Part shown: piece after piece, positions 1-10,813 of the stretch
How the letters are laid out: every line of letters starts with the position of its first letter
How positions within the stretch are numbered: the first letter of the stretch is position 1
Source of the DNA: Ostrea edulis
Lineage: Eukaryota
Assembly: GCF_947568905.1 (NCBI RefSeq)
Contig: NC_079173.1
Location: 37,262,001-37,326,000 of the forward strand
DNA length: 64,000 nucleotides
Reading direction: 5' to 3'
Notes under the pieces: generated by a model
Seen by the model: the letters and a program-made list of their open reading frames with translations, nothing else
The model's database searches: none
What the model was told of the DNA's origin: nothing
Program-made: the position numbers and the translations under genes

Positions 1-110
1 AACCAACCACACTTGATGTTGAACTGCTTGCGCAATCGGATCACGCGCTCGTCCTTTTCCGTAACCGGTACATTTGCGGTTACGGAAATAGCCGAGTAGT
101 TACGATTGCT
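1..110. repeat. Dispersed repeat fragment with 11-bp-stem hairpin; reverse-complement homolog at about 31345-31445
   Basis: TTCCGTAACCG..CGGTTACGGAA hairpin; flanks GATCACGCGCTCGTC and TAGCCGAGTAGTT recur inverted near 31370-31430. Confidence 0.5.
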
Positions 111-1170
111 GCTTGCGTTGTTTTATAAAAGAAAAAACCGAACTGGGCAATGTTCGCGTGCTAAAAAAACGACAACTTTTTAAAATTTTGTGATGTTCGC
201 GTGAAAACAACGGAAAGATATTTTTATGAGAGGTTTATACATTAACTTTTGTTCTTCTGTTTAAATTTCATCCCGTTGTTTTGCTGCGGATCTATCTAAA
301 TTTCATCATGAAAATGTTGTTTTGACGAAAAAACATAGTTTCCGGGAAAATATGACGAATTTAATCTGGGATATCTTGGTTACCAATGTAAAAATAAGAT
401 TAATCGGATACTATTGAGAAGACAAAAACTTGTATTTCAATACAATATTAAACTTCTAAACATTTGATTTGTTTGAAATATGAAAAATATGTTGGAAAAA
501 TATGTTGGGCACATGTGGCAGCTCATTGCCCTTGGCTCTTTGTTTTCGTACCTATACTTTTATGAATTTCAACCAGGTAAAAAGGTTTTACAGGTAATAT
601 AACAATCTGACAAGGTTTTTGACACTAAAACATGAAAATTCATCGAAAATTAGGATTTAAACCCATTCTAAATGATCACGTTGTTGGACGTAACATTAAT
701 TTTCTGTCTTCTACTTAAGTGAAAAAGAAGTGTAAATCATGTAATAATAGAGGAACATCTTGAGGCTTGAGCTTATAAACTAAATGCGATAATTCATCAT
801 GGAGAAATGGCAGGGCGTTTTCACTTTTTTCAGGATTTGTAATTATTTTTTGCTAGTAAAAATTCTGTCCAACCGTTACGGTCGAAAATTTCAATTTTCA
901 TTTGCAATTTGTCGACTTGATTATCGTCCTATCTGTTTTTAAATAAAAGAGAACATAATTTACAACGAGTACGATGGGCATGCAGTTTTGCCGTCAACCA
1001 TTTCCTTTAACTCCAAGTCAACAACAGGGACGGGATTGCTAAAACACTTTCTGTCCAACCAAGAGAAGCAAGTTATAAGTCCGAATTTATTTTACGTCCG
1101 ACATCCAAGAGTTGCATAGATTGATAAATTTCTCTCTAATCTATGGTGTCCGGATAGGCCCATTTGCAAA

Positions 1171-1401
1171 AGCGTGACTGCGCGTTAGTCACAATAAGGG
1201 TTAGCCGTCACGCCAACAAGCAACGCGCCTTCGCGCCAACAAGCAATGCGCCTTCGCGCCAACAAGCAACACGCCTTAGCGCCGTGTTGCTTGTTGGCGC
1301 AAAGGCGCGTTGCTTGTCGGCGCGAAGGCGCTTGCTTGTTGGCGTGAGAGCGCGTTGCTTGTTGACGTGACGGCGTGTTATGACTAACGCGCAGTCACGC
1401 T
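1171..1401. mobile_element. Fold-back MITE-like element with internal ~23-bp tandem units
   Basis: TIR AGCGTGACTGCGCGTTAGTCA / TGACTAACGCGCAGTCACGCT; CGCCAACAAGCAACGCGCCTTCG units mirrored on the two arms. Confidence 0.7.
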
Positions 1402-1631
1402 ATTTTCAAGTTATCTAACTTGTACTAGCAAAGCTACAAATAATTAGTCAAACAATCAACACGGAGAAATCTGCCGAAACTACCTGTGATGAGAAATTCA
1501 TCTTTCGCAGAAATAATTCCAAATTAAATGGAAAGTGAATTTTTATACATTTCCTTTAAAACCCTTGAGAATTCTAAGCTATTGTATGTATCCTATGGGA
1601 TTTCCAAAATTATCTTTTTGCCCCCCCCCCC

Positions 1632-1634
<3 letters not shown>

Positions 1635-1668
<34 letters not shown>

Positions 1669-1672
1669 CATG

Positions 1673-1706
<34 letters not shown>
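1635..1706. repeat. (TA)n microsatellite after a poly-C run
   Basis: Direct reading. Confidence 0.95.
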
Positions 1707-1835
1707 AAGCACAGAAAATTTCACTTTATTTGGATTACCCACTTCTGCCCCTACCCGGGGTTGAACTCACGACCCGCGGAACCAAATCTCCTAGCAGCAT
1801 GTAAGCAGCGCACTAGATCGATCGACCATCTAGGC
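1700..1835 (-). mobile_element. tRNA-derived SINE-like element; partial second copy at about 2482-2565
   Basis: Minus strand has a B-box-like GAGTTCAACCCC; body AAAGCACAGAAAATTTCACTTTATTTGGAT is repeated at ~2487. Confidence 0.6.
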
Positions 1836-1930
1836 AAGTCAAAAAACTTGCTTTCGATGACGATGGAATTCTCGCCATGCTGTCACACGCTACACGGTCA
1901 TTGAGAGTGGAAATGGGATACAGTTATTTA

Positions 1931-1982
1931 TAGCTGCAATAATGTAGCCCTATCCAATTTTTTTTTATTCTGACGTTTCTCC

Positions 1983-2022
<40 letters not shown>

Positions 2023-2046
2023 GAGAGGGCTACATTATTGCAGCTA
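1931..2046. mobile_element. 116-bp non-autonomous Mutator-like element
   Basis: TIR TAGCTGCAATAATGTAGCCCT; perfect 9-bp TSD AGTTATTTA (1922-1930, 2047-2055); same family as 58760-59598. Confidence 0.85.
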
Positions 2047-2154
2047 AGTTATTTAATGTACATTTAAGAGGATCATACATGGTACACATTGCATTCGAAA
2101 TATTTGATATAAAGCACAGAAATAGAAATGAACTCTTAAATGAACATAACTGCC

Positions 2155-2460
2155 CAAAGGCGGATCCAGCCCCCCCCCCCCCCCATTTGAATTTAAAACC
2201 TACAATTATGTTTTATTCATTACCAAAAATAAAAAATAAAAAATTACAAACGCCCACAAAAGAGCAAAATATGCGTATGTAGACGTTATATTTTCATTAT
2301 TTAAATGAAAAAGAACCCACTCTCTTATTGGCACAATTCCGTTAGCTTCCGGGGGCTTCGCCCCCTGCACCCCATCAGTGCAAAGCTTCAAGGCAACCCC
2401 AGCCTTCTACTGCGCCCCCACCCCACCCCACCCCCGTTATGAAATTCCTGGATCCGCATG
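2155..2460. mobile_element. hAT-like MITE (GGCGGATCCAG..CTGGATCCGC family), degraded ends
   Basis: Terminal inverted GCGGATCCAG/CTGGATCCGC; internal GGGGGCTTCGCCCC shared with 3894-4304. Confidence 0.6.
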
Positions 2461-2797
2461 CCCTAAGTGAAGATATATTTAATATAAAGCACAAAAAAAT
2501 TCACTTTATTTGGATACCCACTTCCGCCCCTATACCCGGGGTTGAACTCACGACCTGCGGAACCAATATACAATACATGTATATGTAGATGTACATTGAA
2601 TATTCCCACTTTACAAGTTTTATCAGTTCTCATACAAAGTAAGATGCATTGGTGGATTGGCCCAATGCCCCATCCCACTCTTTTGGTGGTAGTAATAAAT
2701 GGTAAGAGTGTACCTTGAATGAACTGGCAGAATGATAAGTGCCAGTAAAAGGAGATTGAACAATTTTGAATGATTTAAGATGAAAATAAATATCACG

Positions 2798-2955
2798 ATA
2801 ATATACAATTATTGCTGTTTTTGAGGTCAATACGATGATTTAGACACCTGAGGAGTACAATATTCACCTCGCCCTCGGGCTCGGTGAATATTTTACTTCG
2901 AAGGTTGCTAAATCATCGTATTGACCTCAAAAAACAGCAATAATTGTTTTATTAT
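2798..2955. mobile_element. Palindromic non-autonomous element (Crypton-N-like by recollection)
   Basis: Long arms CAATTATTGCTGTTTTTTGAGGTCAATACGATGATTTAG / CTAAATCATCGTATTGACCTCAAAAAACAGCAATAATTG around AATATTCACC..GGTGAATATT; family assignment not verified. Confidence 0.6.
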
Positions 2956-3274
2956 ATGATTAAAAAAAAACCTTCAAGATTGTTCTTTGCTTTAATTGTA
3001 AGTTTCAACGACCTATTTTTGGTCCTATGTGGAAAAAATAATTCCTTATGTTCACCTGGAAGGTCTATTTTTGGTCCTACATGGAAAAAATAATTCCTTA
3101 TCTTCACCTGGAAGGTCACGTGCAGGTAAACATAACGTAGTATGATTTCTACATTGTTGGATCTCAGCCAATTAGAGAGCTAGAAATTATTCAATCATAT
3201 AATAAATGTTTATTGTTGAATGATGATTAAAAGTGAAATACATTGAATTCACATGCAACAATAAGGGGGGGGGG

Positions 3275-3516
3275 GGGGGGGGACCACCGCAACGGTCCAG
3301 AGGGGGATTCGAACCCGGACCCTCTGAATTCTCTAGTCAGGTGGTCTATACCAACTGATGTAACTGGCCACCGGCGATCGAAACCGGCTGACCACTACAT
3401 TCCTCCCTTCGTAAATGTCTTCGCCCTCGAAGACGCACATCCCAAATTCTTTTACCCCTGGCAGGACTTTTACCTGCAAGTCCAGGGGTGGACAACGGCA
3501 CCCAAATGCATTGACA
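3275..3516 (-). mobile_element. LTR-like repeat with an embedded tRNA-like A/B-box cassette
   Basis: Minus strand TCAGTTGGTATAG..GGGTTCGAATCCC; homologous to 18432-18600 and 30455-30528. Confidence 0.55.
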
Positions 3517-3893
3517 GGAAGGGAGAAAATCAAAGTCATATGACTAGTAACTTATGATTATAGGAGCCTATCTTTTTGCACTTGAGAAATTATGGTAAGA
3601 GATATCTATCCGTGGTAAAAGAAGAAGAGAAATCTAATTTTCTACAAATATGTGCGGTAAATAATTGATTATATTACGTATCTTTATAAACAGAACGTTT
3701 ATTTAACTTCTTACTATAAGAGATTAATTTAATGAATTACAAGTATGAAAATACAATTTCTCTTAATTGTTTTTAACAATCAATATTTGCTTCGATGAAA
3801 ATTTCAAGGATAAATAAACCAAGCAGTAATCAAAATTTTGTAAATTGCTATGGTGGATTATTTTTATTTGATAACCTTTTCGAAGTCTGATAC

Positions 3894-4304
3894 CAGTGGC
3901 GAATTTAAGGGGGGGCGCGCAGCCCCCCCCCCCCCCCCCCCCCCCCCCATAATTTTCAAACTTAAGGTAAATCGTGGTATCTTGTTTAGAAAAATGTACT
4001 TAACAATGTAAGAAGCAATAATTTCTTCCACTCCCGGAGAAATTAATGACAAAATCTATTGATTTCTTGAATTACTTTATTGGGAAAACTTAATTTTTTT
4101 CCAAAAACCTTTAAAATTTGCGTCATTTTATTAATTTCACCTCATAAAAAAATGATAGAAAATAGTACAAAATATATTCTAAGCTCTATGAAATAAGTAA
4201 AATCCGGGGGCTTCGCCCCTGGCCCCCCACCAGGGCTTCGCCGCCAGACCTCCTGCCTCATAAAGTGGCGCCCCCCGTAACCGCAATTCCTGGATCCGCC
4301 CCTG
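3894..4304. mobile_element. CAGTGGCG..CGCCCCTG MITE with 5-bp flanking duplication GATAC (hAT5-like)
   Basis: Imperfect TIRs; GATAC at 3889-3893 and 4305-4309. Confidence 0.65.
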
Positions 4305-4543
4305 GATACCATGATTACAAAAATTCCACCACCCATTTATTAGATATGATATTGTTCAAAATGATGGTCATTATACATTGAATACCTTAAATTGATACCA
4401 ATTCTATACTTTGCCACCCGCTTACGCGGCTTATGCATTTTTCTGCAATGCTAGCTACTTTACAACTGAAAGAACGACAACTCTATATTGATGAGTTGAT
4501 TTTTCTACCTTTTCTCACTAGAGATCGCTGCAATGAAAATGAA

Positions 4544-4600
4544 ATGGCTGACGGTAACTCTGCTGTTCTGCGACGAAATCGTCCTGGAACAAAAGCTGAA
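4544..4600 (+). CDS. MOB4: MOB family member 4 (phocein), coding exon 1
   Basis: MADGNSAVLRRNRPGTKAE matches the MOB4 N-terminus; GTGAGT donor at 4601. Confidence 0.92.
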
Positions 4601-4883
4601 GTGAGTAAATAGTAGTAGGATATTTAGATAGTTTGAGAAATCAGTGAAATATATCAAATAATCTTATTCTGGATGAAGAATGTGTATGATGTATGATTAA
4701 CCACGCCTTAGTTTGCTGAAGGTGTGAATTTCGAATTTCCTCCGTTTACAAAATCTCATCATCAACAGTCAAGTCCACATCAAATATAGCTATTATTTTT
4801 TTCTGCTTGGGGATACGATAAAAATCCAAGTGTGCTTTTAGTGATCATCTTATAACGGAAGTAAAAATAATTCTATTATGTAG

Positions 4884-4946
4884 GACTGGAGCACCTGGAG
4901 CGATGAAGCATTTGAAGAAATGGACAGCACACTAGCCGTGCAACAG
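4884..4946 (+). CDS. MOB4: MOB4 coding exon 2
   Basis: TAG acceptor; DWSTWSDEAFEEMDSTLAVQQ; GT donor at 4947. Confidence 0.95.
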
Positions 4947-5479
4947 GTCGGTATCAGAGACCGGACACAGTGGTAGGGTAATGCCGGGAAATTCAGACGA
5001 AATATTTCTAAGCCTCCAGTCCATTAAATATATTAGTCCCTCTATCACTTGCGTTGTTTTCTTAATTTCGTTCCTTTGTTTACGAGGAATACAGAGAAAT
5101 CTCGCAAATGACGCATTCGGATACCTATAAACAGTTATTTTCTTAAGGGACACCATATCGGTCTTTTCCATCAAAGCTACGAGCCTTGGAAAATTTTACT
5201 GCCTATCGCAGTCATAGAAAACTTGTATTTGCAAGTAAATAAAAAAAATTAAATATTTAAAATATGTTTGATGATAAACTAGGATTTACCAGAATGCGTT
5301 TATTACATATACAAACAATAAAGTTCACACAGAATGATAAATATAATGCACTTTAAATAGTGTCCGCATTTCCGGACAGATTTTCCTATGAGAATTTAAT
5401 TACGGGCACCCATAAAGGTGTGAAATAAATCATTCCTTCAGGCATGTATATATGCAAATATTTAGATATCTAATATGCT

Positions 5480-6175
5480 TTACGGCGTGACCGTGTTTGA
5501 GGCAAAGCAAGAAGTATTAGCATTAGTATGTAGATCCATAACAGGACAAAAAATATCCCGAAGGTAGCAACTAACGTGAGGACAGAGCTCAATCAAAGTA
5601 TTCTAACTTTAGACATTTTTGATCCGCCTACTCATTGAACGCGGGAAACTATATGCAACTGATGTAAACAGTGCATTGTGACGTCATATTCAGCGTCGTT
5701 GTTTAGCAAATTCATAAACATAGGAGGAGACAAGGTACAATTGCGTTACTCGAGACCAGGAGTGATTATAGGCCCTATATGATTAAGAAAATAAGATTTA
5801 CATGCTTTTACGGATTTTATGTAACATCTCAGAACGACGTGAACTTGGGTACACATGATTCAAAATTCAATTTTCACCTGAATGGGACTATGGCGCAGGG
5901 TGCATGGCCTTCCCAATCACTGGACTTTGCTTTTTTTAAGGTGACCTATTGCAATCGGTTGTCGTGCGTTAACAATTGAATATTAGTAAATATAGATCTC
6001 ACTTGAACTCGATAAGTAAATATAGATCTCGCGGGAACTAAATAAATATAGATCTCGCGGGAACTGCATTAATAGATATAGATCTCGCGGGAACTCGACA
6101 AGTAAATATAGATCTCGCGGGAACTCGATAAGTAAATATAGATCTTGCATACATACGTCCCTGTTACATTATTTT
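5480..6175 (+). mobile_element. Helentron/HINE-like element with ~30-bp tandem units near its 3' end
   Basis: Start TACGGCGTGACCGT and internal GATCCGCCTACTCATTGAA resemble the 58414 and 60118 elements; AAATATAGATCTCGCGGGAACT repeated at ~5985-6150. Confidence 0.5.
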
Positions 6176-6343
6176 CTGAGGCATTTTGAGTTAACATTGT
6201 ATTATTTTATTTGAATAACACAAATTAGAATATGTTTAATAGTTTCTGGAAAACTCTGGACTGGTAAATCATTATACCCCATTTAGTCTGACTGGACTGT
6301 TAACTTAAAAAAGTTTGTTTTAAATCCTGTGATATACCTGTAG

Positions 6344-7152
6344 TAGTTATGTTCCAACCATCGATTATAATCGAAAATGAGTCGATTGTTTGCAAATTCT
6401 AAGCGCTCGATTATGAAAATTTTATTCCAATTAATCGGTTTTTAGATTTTGTTTTCTCAACGGCTGTAGTTTTTTCAAGAATATTCCTGCCATAACCTAT
6501 CTATTAACCTAATTTACCGTAATGTCGGGGCACATGAAAGCAAAAGAATCCATACCCCGGGAAATAAAGCATGTTTGCATGGTCAGATAGATGTACTTTG
6601 ATTCAGGGATATAAACGAAGTGACCATTCATCAAAGAGATTCTTGATGCGAGCAAAGCCATGTGTGAATTACGTAGATAAAATCGCTTTCGAAGGCCACT
6701 GTTACTCGATCTACATGTGCGTATCGTGTTTTCGATCAGATTTGTTTTTCTTTAATAAAATATTCTTCTTTCTTTTTTTTCTTTGCTGAATTTTAATTAT
6801 GCCAGATTGCCATAAATTAATGACATGAAACTTTGATATACGGGGATATTGCAACCGAAGCAAACGATATCCAAGTTTGGCACGTAAACCCTTCTAAAAA
6901 TCGTATTTACATTTATATATGTAATTAAAGGATAGTAAGATAGTAGAAGAATGACAGATACACACAGAAAATATTCATTTATACTTTCTCAGCAACAGAA
7001 ACAACAAATACAAACGTAGAAAATATTTATTTACACTTTTTCAGTAGATAAATGACTATTATAGAATTTCTAGATGTCCGATTATAATCGATAATTAGTT
7101 AGTTACAGTAAACCAATCATCGATTATAAATTCTCACCGATTCCCATCACTA
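6344..7152. mobile_element. 809-bp non-autonomous hAT element in MOB4 intron 2
   Basis: Termini TAGTTATG..CATCACTA; perfect 8-bp TSD ACCTGTAG (6336-6343, 7153-7160); subterminal CGATTATAATCG motifs. Confidence 0.85.
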
Positions 7153-7300
7153 ACCTGTAGTCATGTCATGAAAAGATTTAGTAAGACACTTATATATAGA
7201 TCTTTTGTAGTAAACATTTGGTTTTCTAAACCCCCTTTGTATTGTATTAAATGAGAAATTTTTGGTTGGTAGAAATACATGACTCTCATTTTTGTTTCAG

Positions 7301-7401
7301 TTTATTCAGCAGGCTATAAGGAAAGATTTTAGTGACATAGAGGAAATTTTGACTCCCCCTGAGGGCATAGAGGAGGGAGTGTGGAAATATGAACATTTAA
7401 G
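7301..7401 (+). CDS. MOB4: MOB4 coding exon 3 (last exon visible)
   Basis: TTTCAG acceptor; [34 protein letters not shown]; GTAAGT donor. Confidence 0.95.
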
Positions 7402-7742
7402 GTAAGTAGTATTTTTTTCACACCAGGTACAAGATGTAGAGGTAGACAAATAGATTTATTGAAACCAATTTTGTACCCTTGAGGTCATGCAAATCAAGAG
7501 CAATATACAAAAGGAGAAAGTCATAATTGATAGCAGCAACATGTTGGCATAAAAAGAGAAAAAAAACTGATGACAGAAGATTATAGCAGTAGGGTATTGT
7601 CTGTAATAATGTAATTGTTTATACGACATATGTACATGTGATTGATATACGTACAAAAAGAACATGTTAGTACACATATACAGTCTAGAGAGTGTACACA
7701 AGCTTAGTTATGAAAACAGCAAAAGGATTTTCCACTCGCGTA

Positions 7743-8099
7743 TTTAATGTATTAATGATGTGTGAAATGTGATAAATATAATGATATTCTTTATTTTGTT
7801 AATGTATTAATGATGTGTGAAATGTGATAAATATAATGATATTCTTTATTTTGTTAATGTATTAATGATGTGTGAAATGTGATAAATATAATGATATTCT
7901 TTATTTTGTTAATGTATTAATGATGTGTGAAATGTGATAAATATAATGATATTCTTTATTTTCTTAATGTATTAATGATGTGTGAAATGTGATAAATATA
8001 ATGATATTCTTTATTTTGTTAATGTATTAATGATGTGTGAAATGTGATAAATATAATGATATTCTTTATTTTGTTAATGTATTAATGATGTGTGAAATG
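7743..8099. repeat. 55-bp minisatellite running into the assembly gap
   Basis: About 6.5 near-identical copies of AATGTATTAATGATGTGTGAAATGTGATAAATATAATGATATTCTTTATTTTGTT. Confidence 0.95.
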
Positions 8100-8299
8100 N
8101 NNNNNNNNNNNNNNNNNNNNNNNNNNNNNNNNNNNNNNNNNNNNNNNNNNNNNNNNNNNNNNNNNNNNNNNNNNNNNNNNNNNNNNNNNNNNNNNNNNNN
8201 NNNNNNNNNNNNNNNNNNNNNNNNNNNNNNNNNNNNNNNNNNNNNNNNNNNNNNNNNNNNNNNNNNNNNNNNNNNNNNNNNNNNNNNNNNNNNNNNNNN
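8100..8299. other. Assembly gap (200 N)
   Basis: Direct reading. Confidence 1.
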
Positions 8300-8535
8300 C
8301 CATCTACTCCTTAGGATGTACAGTGTGCCAAGTTTGATGTCTTTCAAGCAAAGGGTTCTCAAGATATCAAGAGGACATATTCCTCTGTCCAGAGTAGATT
8401 GACCCTTGACCTGAAAAACAATAGGGGTCCTCTTCTACTCATAACCAACCCACATATGAAATATCATTATCATCAAGTGAATGGTTCTCAGGATATTGAG
8501 TGGACAACATGTGGTCTACCGACCGAGGCTTGCAT
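8300..8535. mobile_element. Helentron-type (HINE) repeat fragment
   Basis: TGACCCTTGACC, GATATTGAGTGGACA and GACCGA motifs resemble bivalve Helentron-associated repeats (recollection). Confidence 0.45.
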
Positions 8536-8815
8536 ATCAATGAGAAATCATGGCCCCATCGTTCTCAAGAAAAGATATTTCATTTACATGTATGTATAAA
8601 TCCCACTGTAAATCTTTGATTCTCTAGATGAAAAGATACTTATTCAAAACTTGGACTTATGTCTTGAGCTTTTGTCCAAATTTAGACTGTTTCAATAAAA
8701 GAAAATCCCAGCCTAAACAACAATCCATCACTTCCAATACTCTCTCTTCTAATTCCTGACCCTTTAAAGACAATTCTGAAATGCAGTTTTTGTTTTTTTT
8801 TACATAATTTATTGT

Positions 8816-8863
8816 TTAGAACCGTAATTTCTGGAAAAACCATCTGTTTTTCCTGTCTTGTAT
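8816..8863 (-). CDS. RPL27: 60S ribosomal protein L27, coding exon 4 (1-nt short in an A run)
   Basis: TTTCAG acceptor; reads (K)YKTGK[N]RWFFQKLRF* once one A is restored in GGAAAAAC. Confidence 0.93.
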   Translation of the reverse strand: MQDRKNRWFFQKLRF

Positions 8864-9292
8864 CTGAAATAAAAAATAGGAAACCATGAATGTCAATATA
8901 AAAGAAAACAAGATGTGTTTGGAATGAAAAGAAGTGGAACCAGGTCAAAAATTAGGTCATAAGGTCAAAGATTTTGTGTGTCAATGGATCAAAGAAATAA
9001 AGTGCACTGCCACAGTACATGATAAGCCTGTGAAATGTTTGTTAATCATAATCAAAACAGACAAGCATACGTGGACAAAACCATGTTAACCTAACTACAA
9101 CAATCCACTTGTCATTTGAGCAATCTGTGACCAGGACTTAGGTTGCCTTAATGCAACTCCAAATTCTGAGGAGTGTCAAACCCTCCAATGGTAATTTAAT
9201 ATCTATTTTGATGCTCTGTATCTTCTTTCACAAGGAATACTCTATCCTTTACTATCTGACTATATCAAATAAACATTATCTGGTTTGTATGT

Positions 9293-9968
9293 GGATACAA
9301 AACGTCCGACAGATTGTACAGGGGATACAAAACGTCTGACAGATTGTACGCGGGATACAAAACGTCTGACAGATTGTACGGGGGATACAAAATGTCTGAC
9401 AGATTGTACAGGGGATACAAAACGTCTGATATATTGTAAGGGGGATACAAAATGTCTGACAGATTGTACAGGGGATACAAAACCTCCGACAGATTATAAG
9501 GGGGATACAAAATGTCTGACAGATTGTACGGGGGATACAAAACGTCTGACAGATTGTACGGGGATACAAAATGTCTGACAGATTGTATGGGGGATACAAA
9601 ACGTCAGACAGATTGTACGGGGGATACAAAACGTCTGACAGATTGTACGAGGGATACAAAATGTCTGACAGATTGTACGAGGGATACAAAACGTCCGACA
9701 GATTATACGGGGGGATACAAAACGTCTGACAGATTGTACGAGGGATACAAAATGTCTGACAGATTGTACGGGGATACAAAACGTCTGACAGATTGTACAG
9801 GGGATACAAAACGTCTGACATATTGTACGGGGGATACAAAACGTCTGACAGATTGTACAGGAGATACAAAACGTCCGAAAGATTGTGCGGGGGATACAAA
9901 ACCTCTGACAGATTGTACGGGGGATACAAAACGTCGGACAGATTGTGCGGGGGATACAAAACCTCCGA
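9293..9968. repeat. 30-bp minisatellite in RPL27 intron 3
   Basis: About 22 copies of GGGGATACAAAACGTCTGACAGATTGTACG. Confidence 0.95.
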
Positions 9969-10599
9969 TAGAGTAAAGAAATGTGACACATTGAACATAA
10001 ATAGAATCAAATGCTTGATTTTCATGTACTCCTAAGTTAAATGTCTGTAGATAACTCAGTACCTGGAAATCCAACAACCACACACTTGAGATGTTCTAAA
10101 GACTTGGGTTATTCATTCATTGATAATTTCACACACTGCGTGTATTATAGAAGAGCATACATATGCTAAATATTGCCATTCCACATCCACCCATGATATC
10201 AGTGAAAAACTAAACCAACTTTCATTTGCTAGCCAGAGATGCTTAAACTTTTTTATTAGACATTTTTACGAGATTCGCAAGTACATAGTGTGTGGCAAAC
10301 CAGTAATGTTTCTTGTAGTTGTTACAGATTATCCTTGATCGCAAAAATTAGTCGCTGTCAACCAGTTCATCACTGATAAAATCACCCAAAACAAGAAGGT
10401 TTTGAATAAATGTTGGTTTACAGTGTAACACCTATGCTTAATACAGTCAATACAGCATTCTTTGTAGTCACTTTTCATCGAATCATGAAATAACGTCAGG
10501 AATAACAGTTGTTTTATACGGTGTAACATGTTATATTTCAGTTTTCATTCATTAGTACAACACACACACCTCGGTCCATTTACTCTTCAGTTTACTCAC

Positions 10600-10710
10600 T
10601 TTTCTTCCAATTTAGCTTTGACATCCCTCCTTGCTTTACGCTTCAGAGCTGGGTCTCTAATTGCATCTTTATTGACAGCAGATTTGTCAAGGTTAACATC
10701 CACTGAGTAT
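10600..10710 (-). CDS. RPL27: RPL27 coding exon 3 (111 nt)
   Basis: [37 protein letters not shown]; TTGCAG acceptor, GTGAGT donor. Confidence 0.97.
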
Positions 10711-10813
10711 CTGCAAAACATTTTGCTACCGTTAGTCAGGTGATGGAGACTCAGAACAGAGGAAGAGATGGAGAATACAATAGGGTAGTTCACTATATTA
10801 GCATCACCGTAGC

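Noticed and set aside
10198-10375. Possible box C/D snoRNA in RPL27 intron 3 (minus-strand GTGATGA..CTGA)
   Set aside because: About 175 nt long, with a poor terminal stem and no rRNA complementarity that I could recognise; would need snoscan or Infernal.
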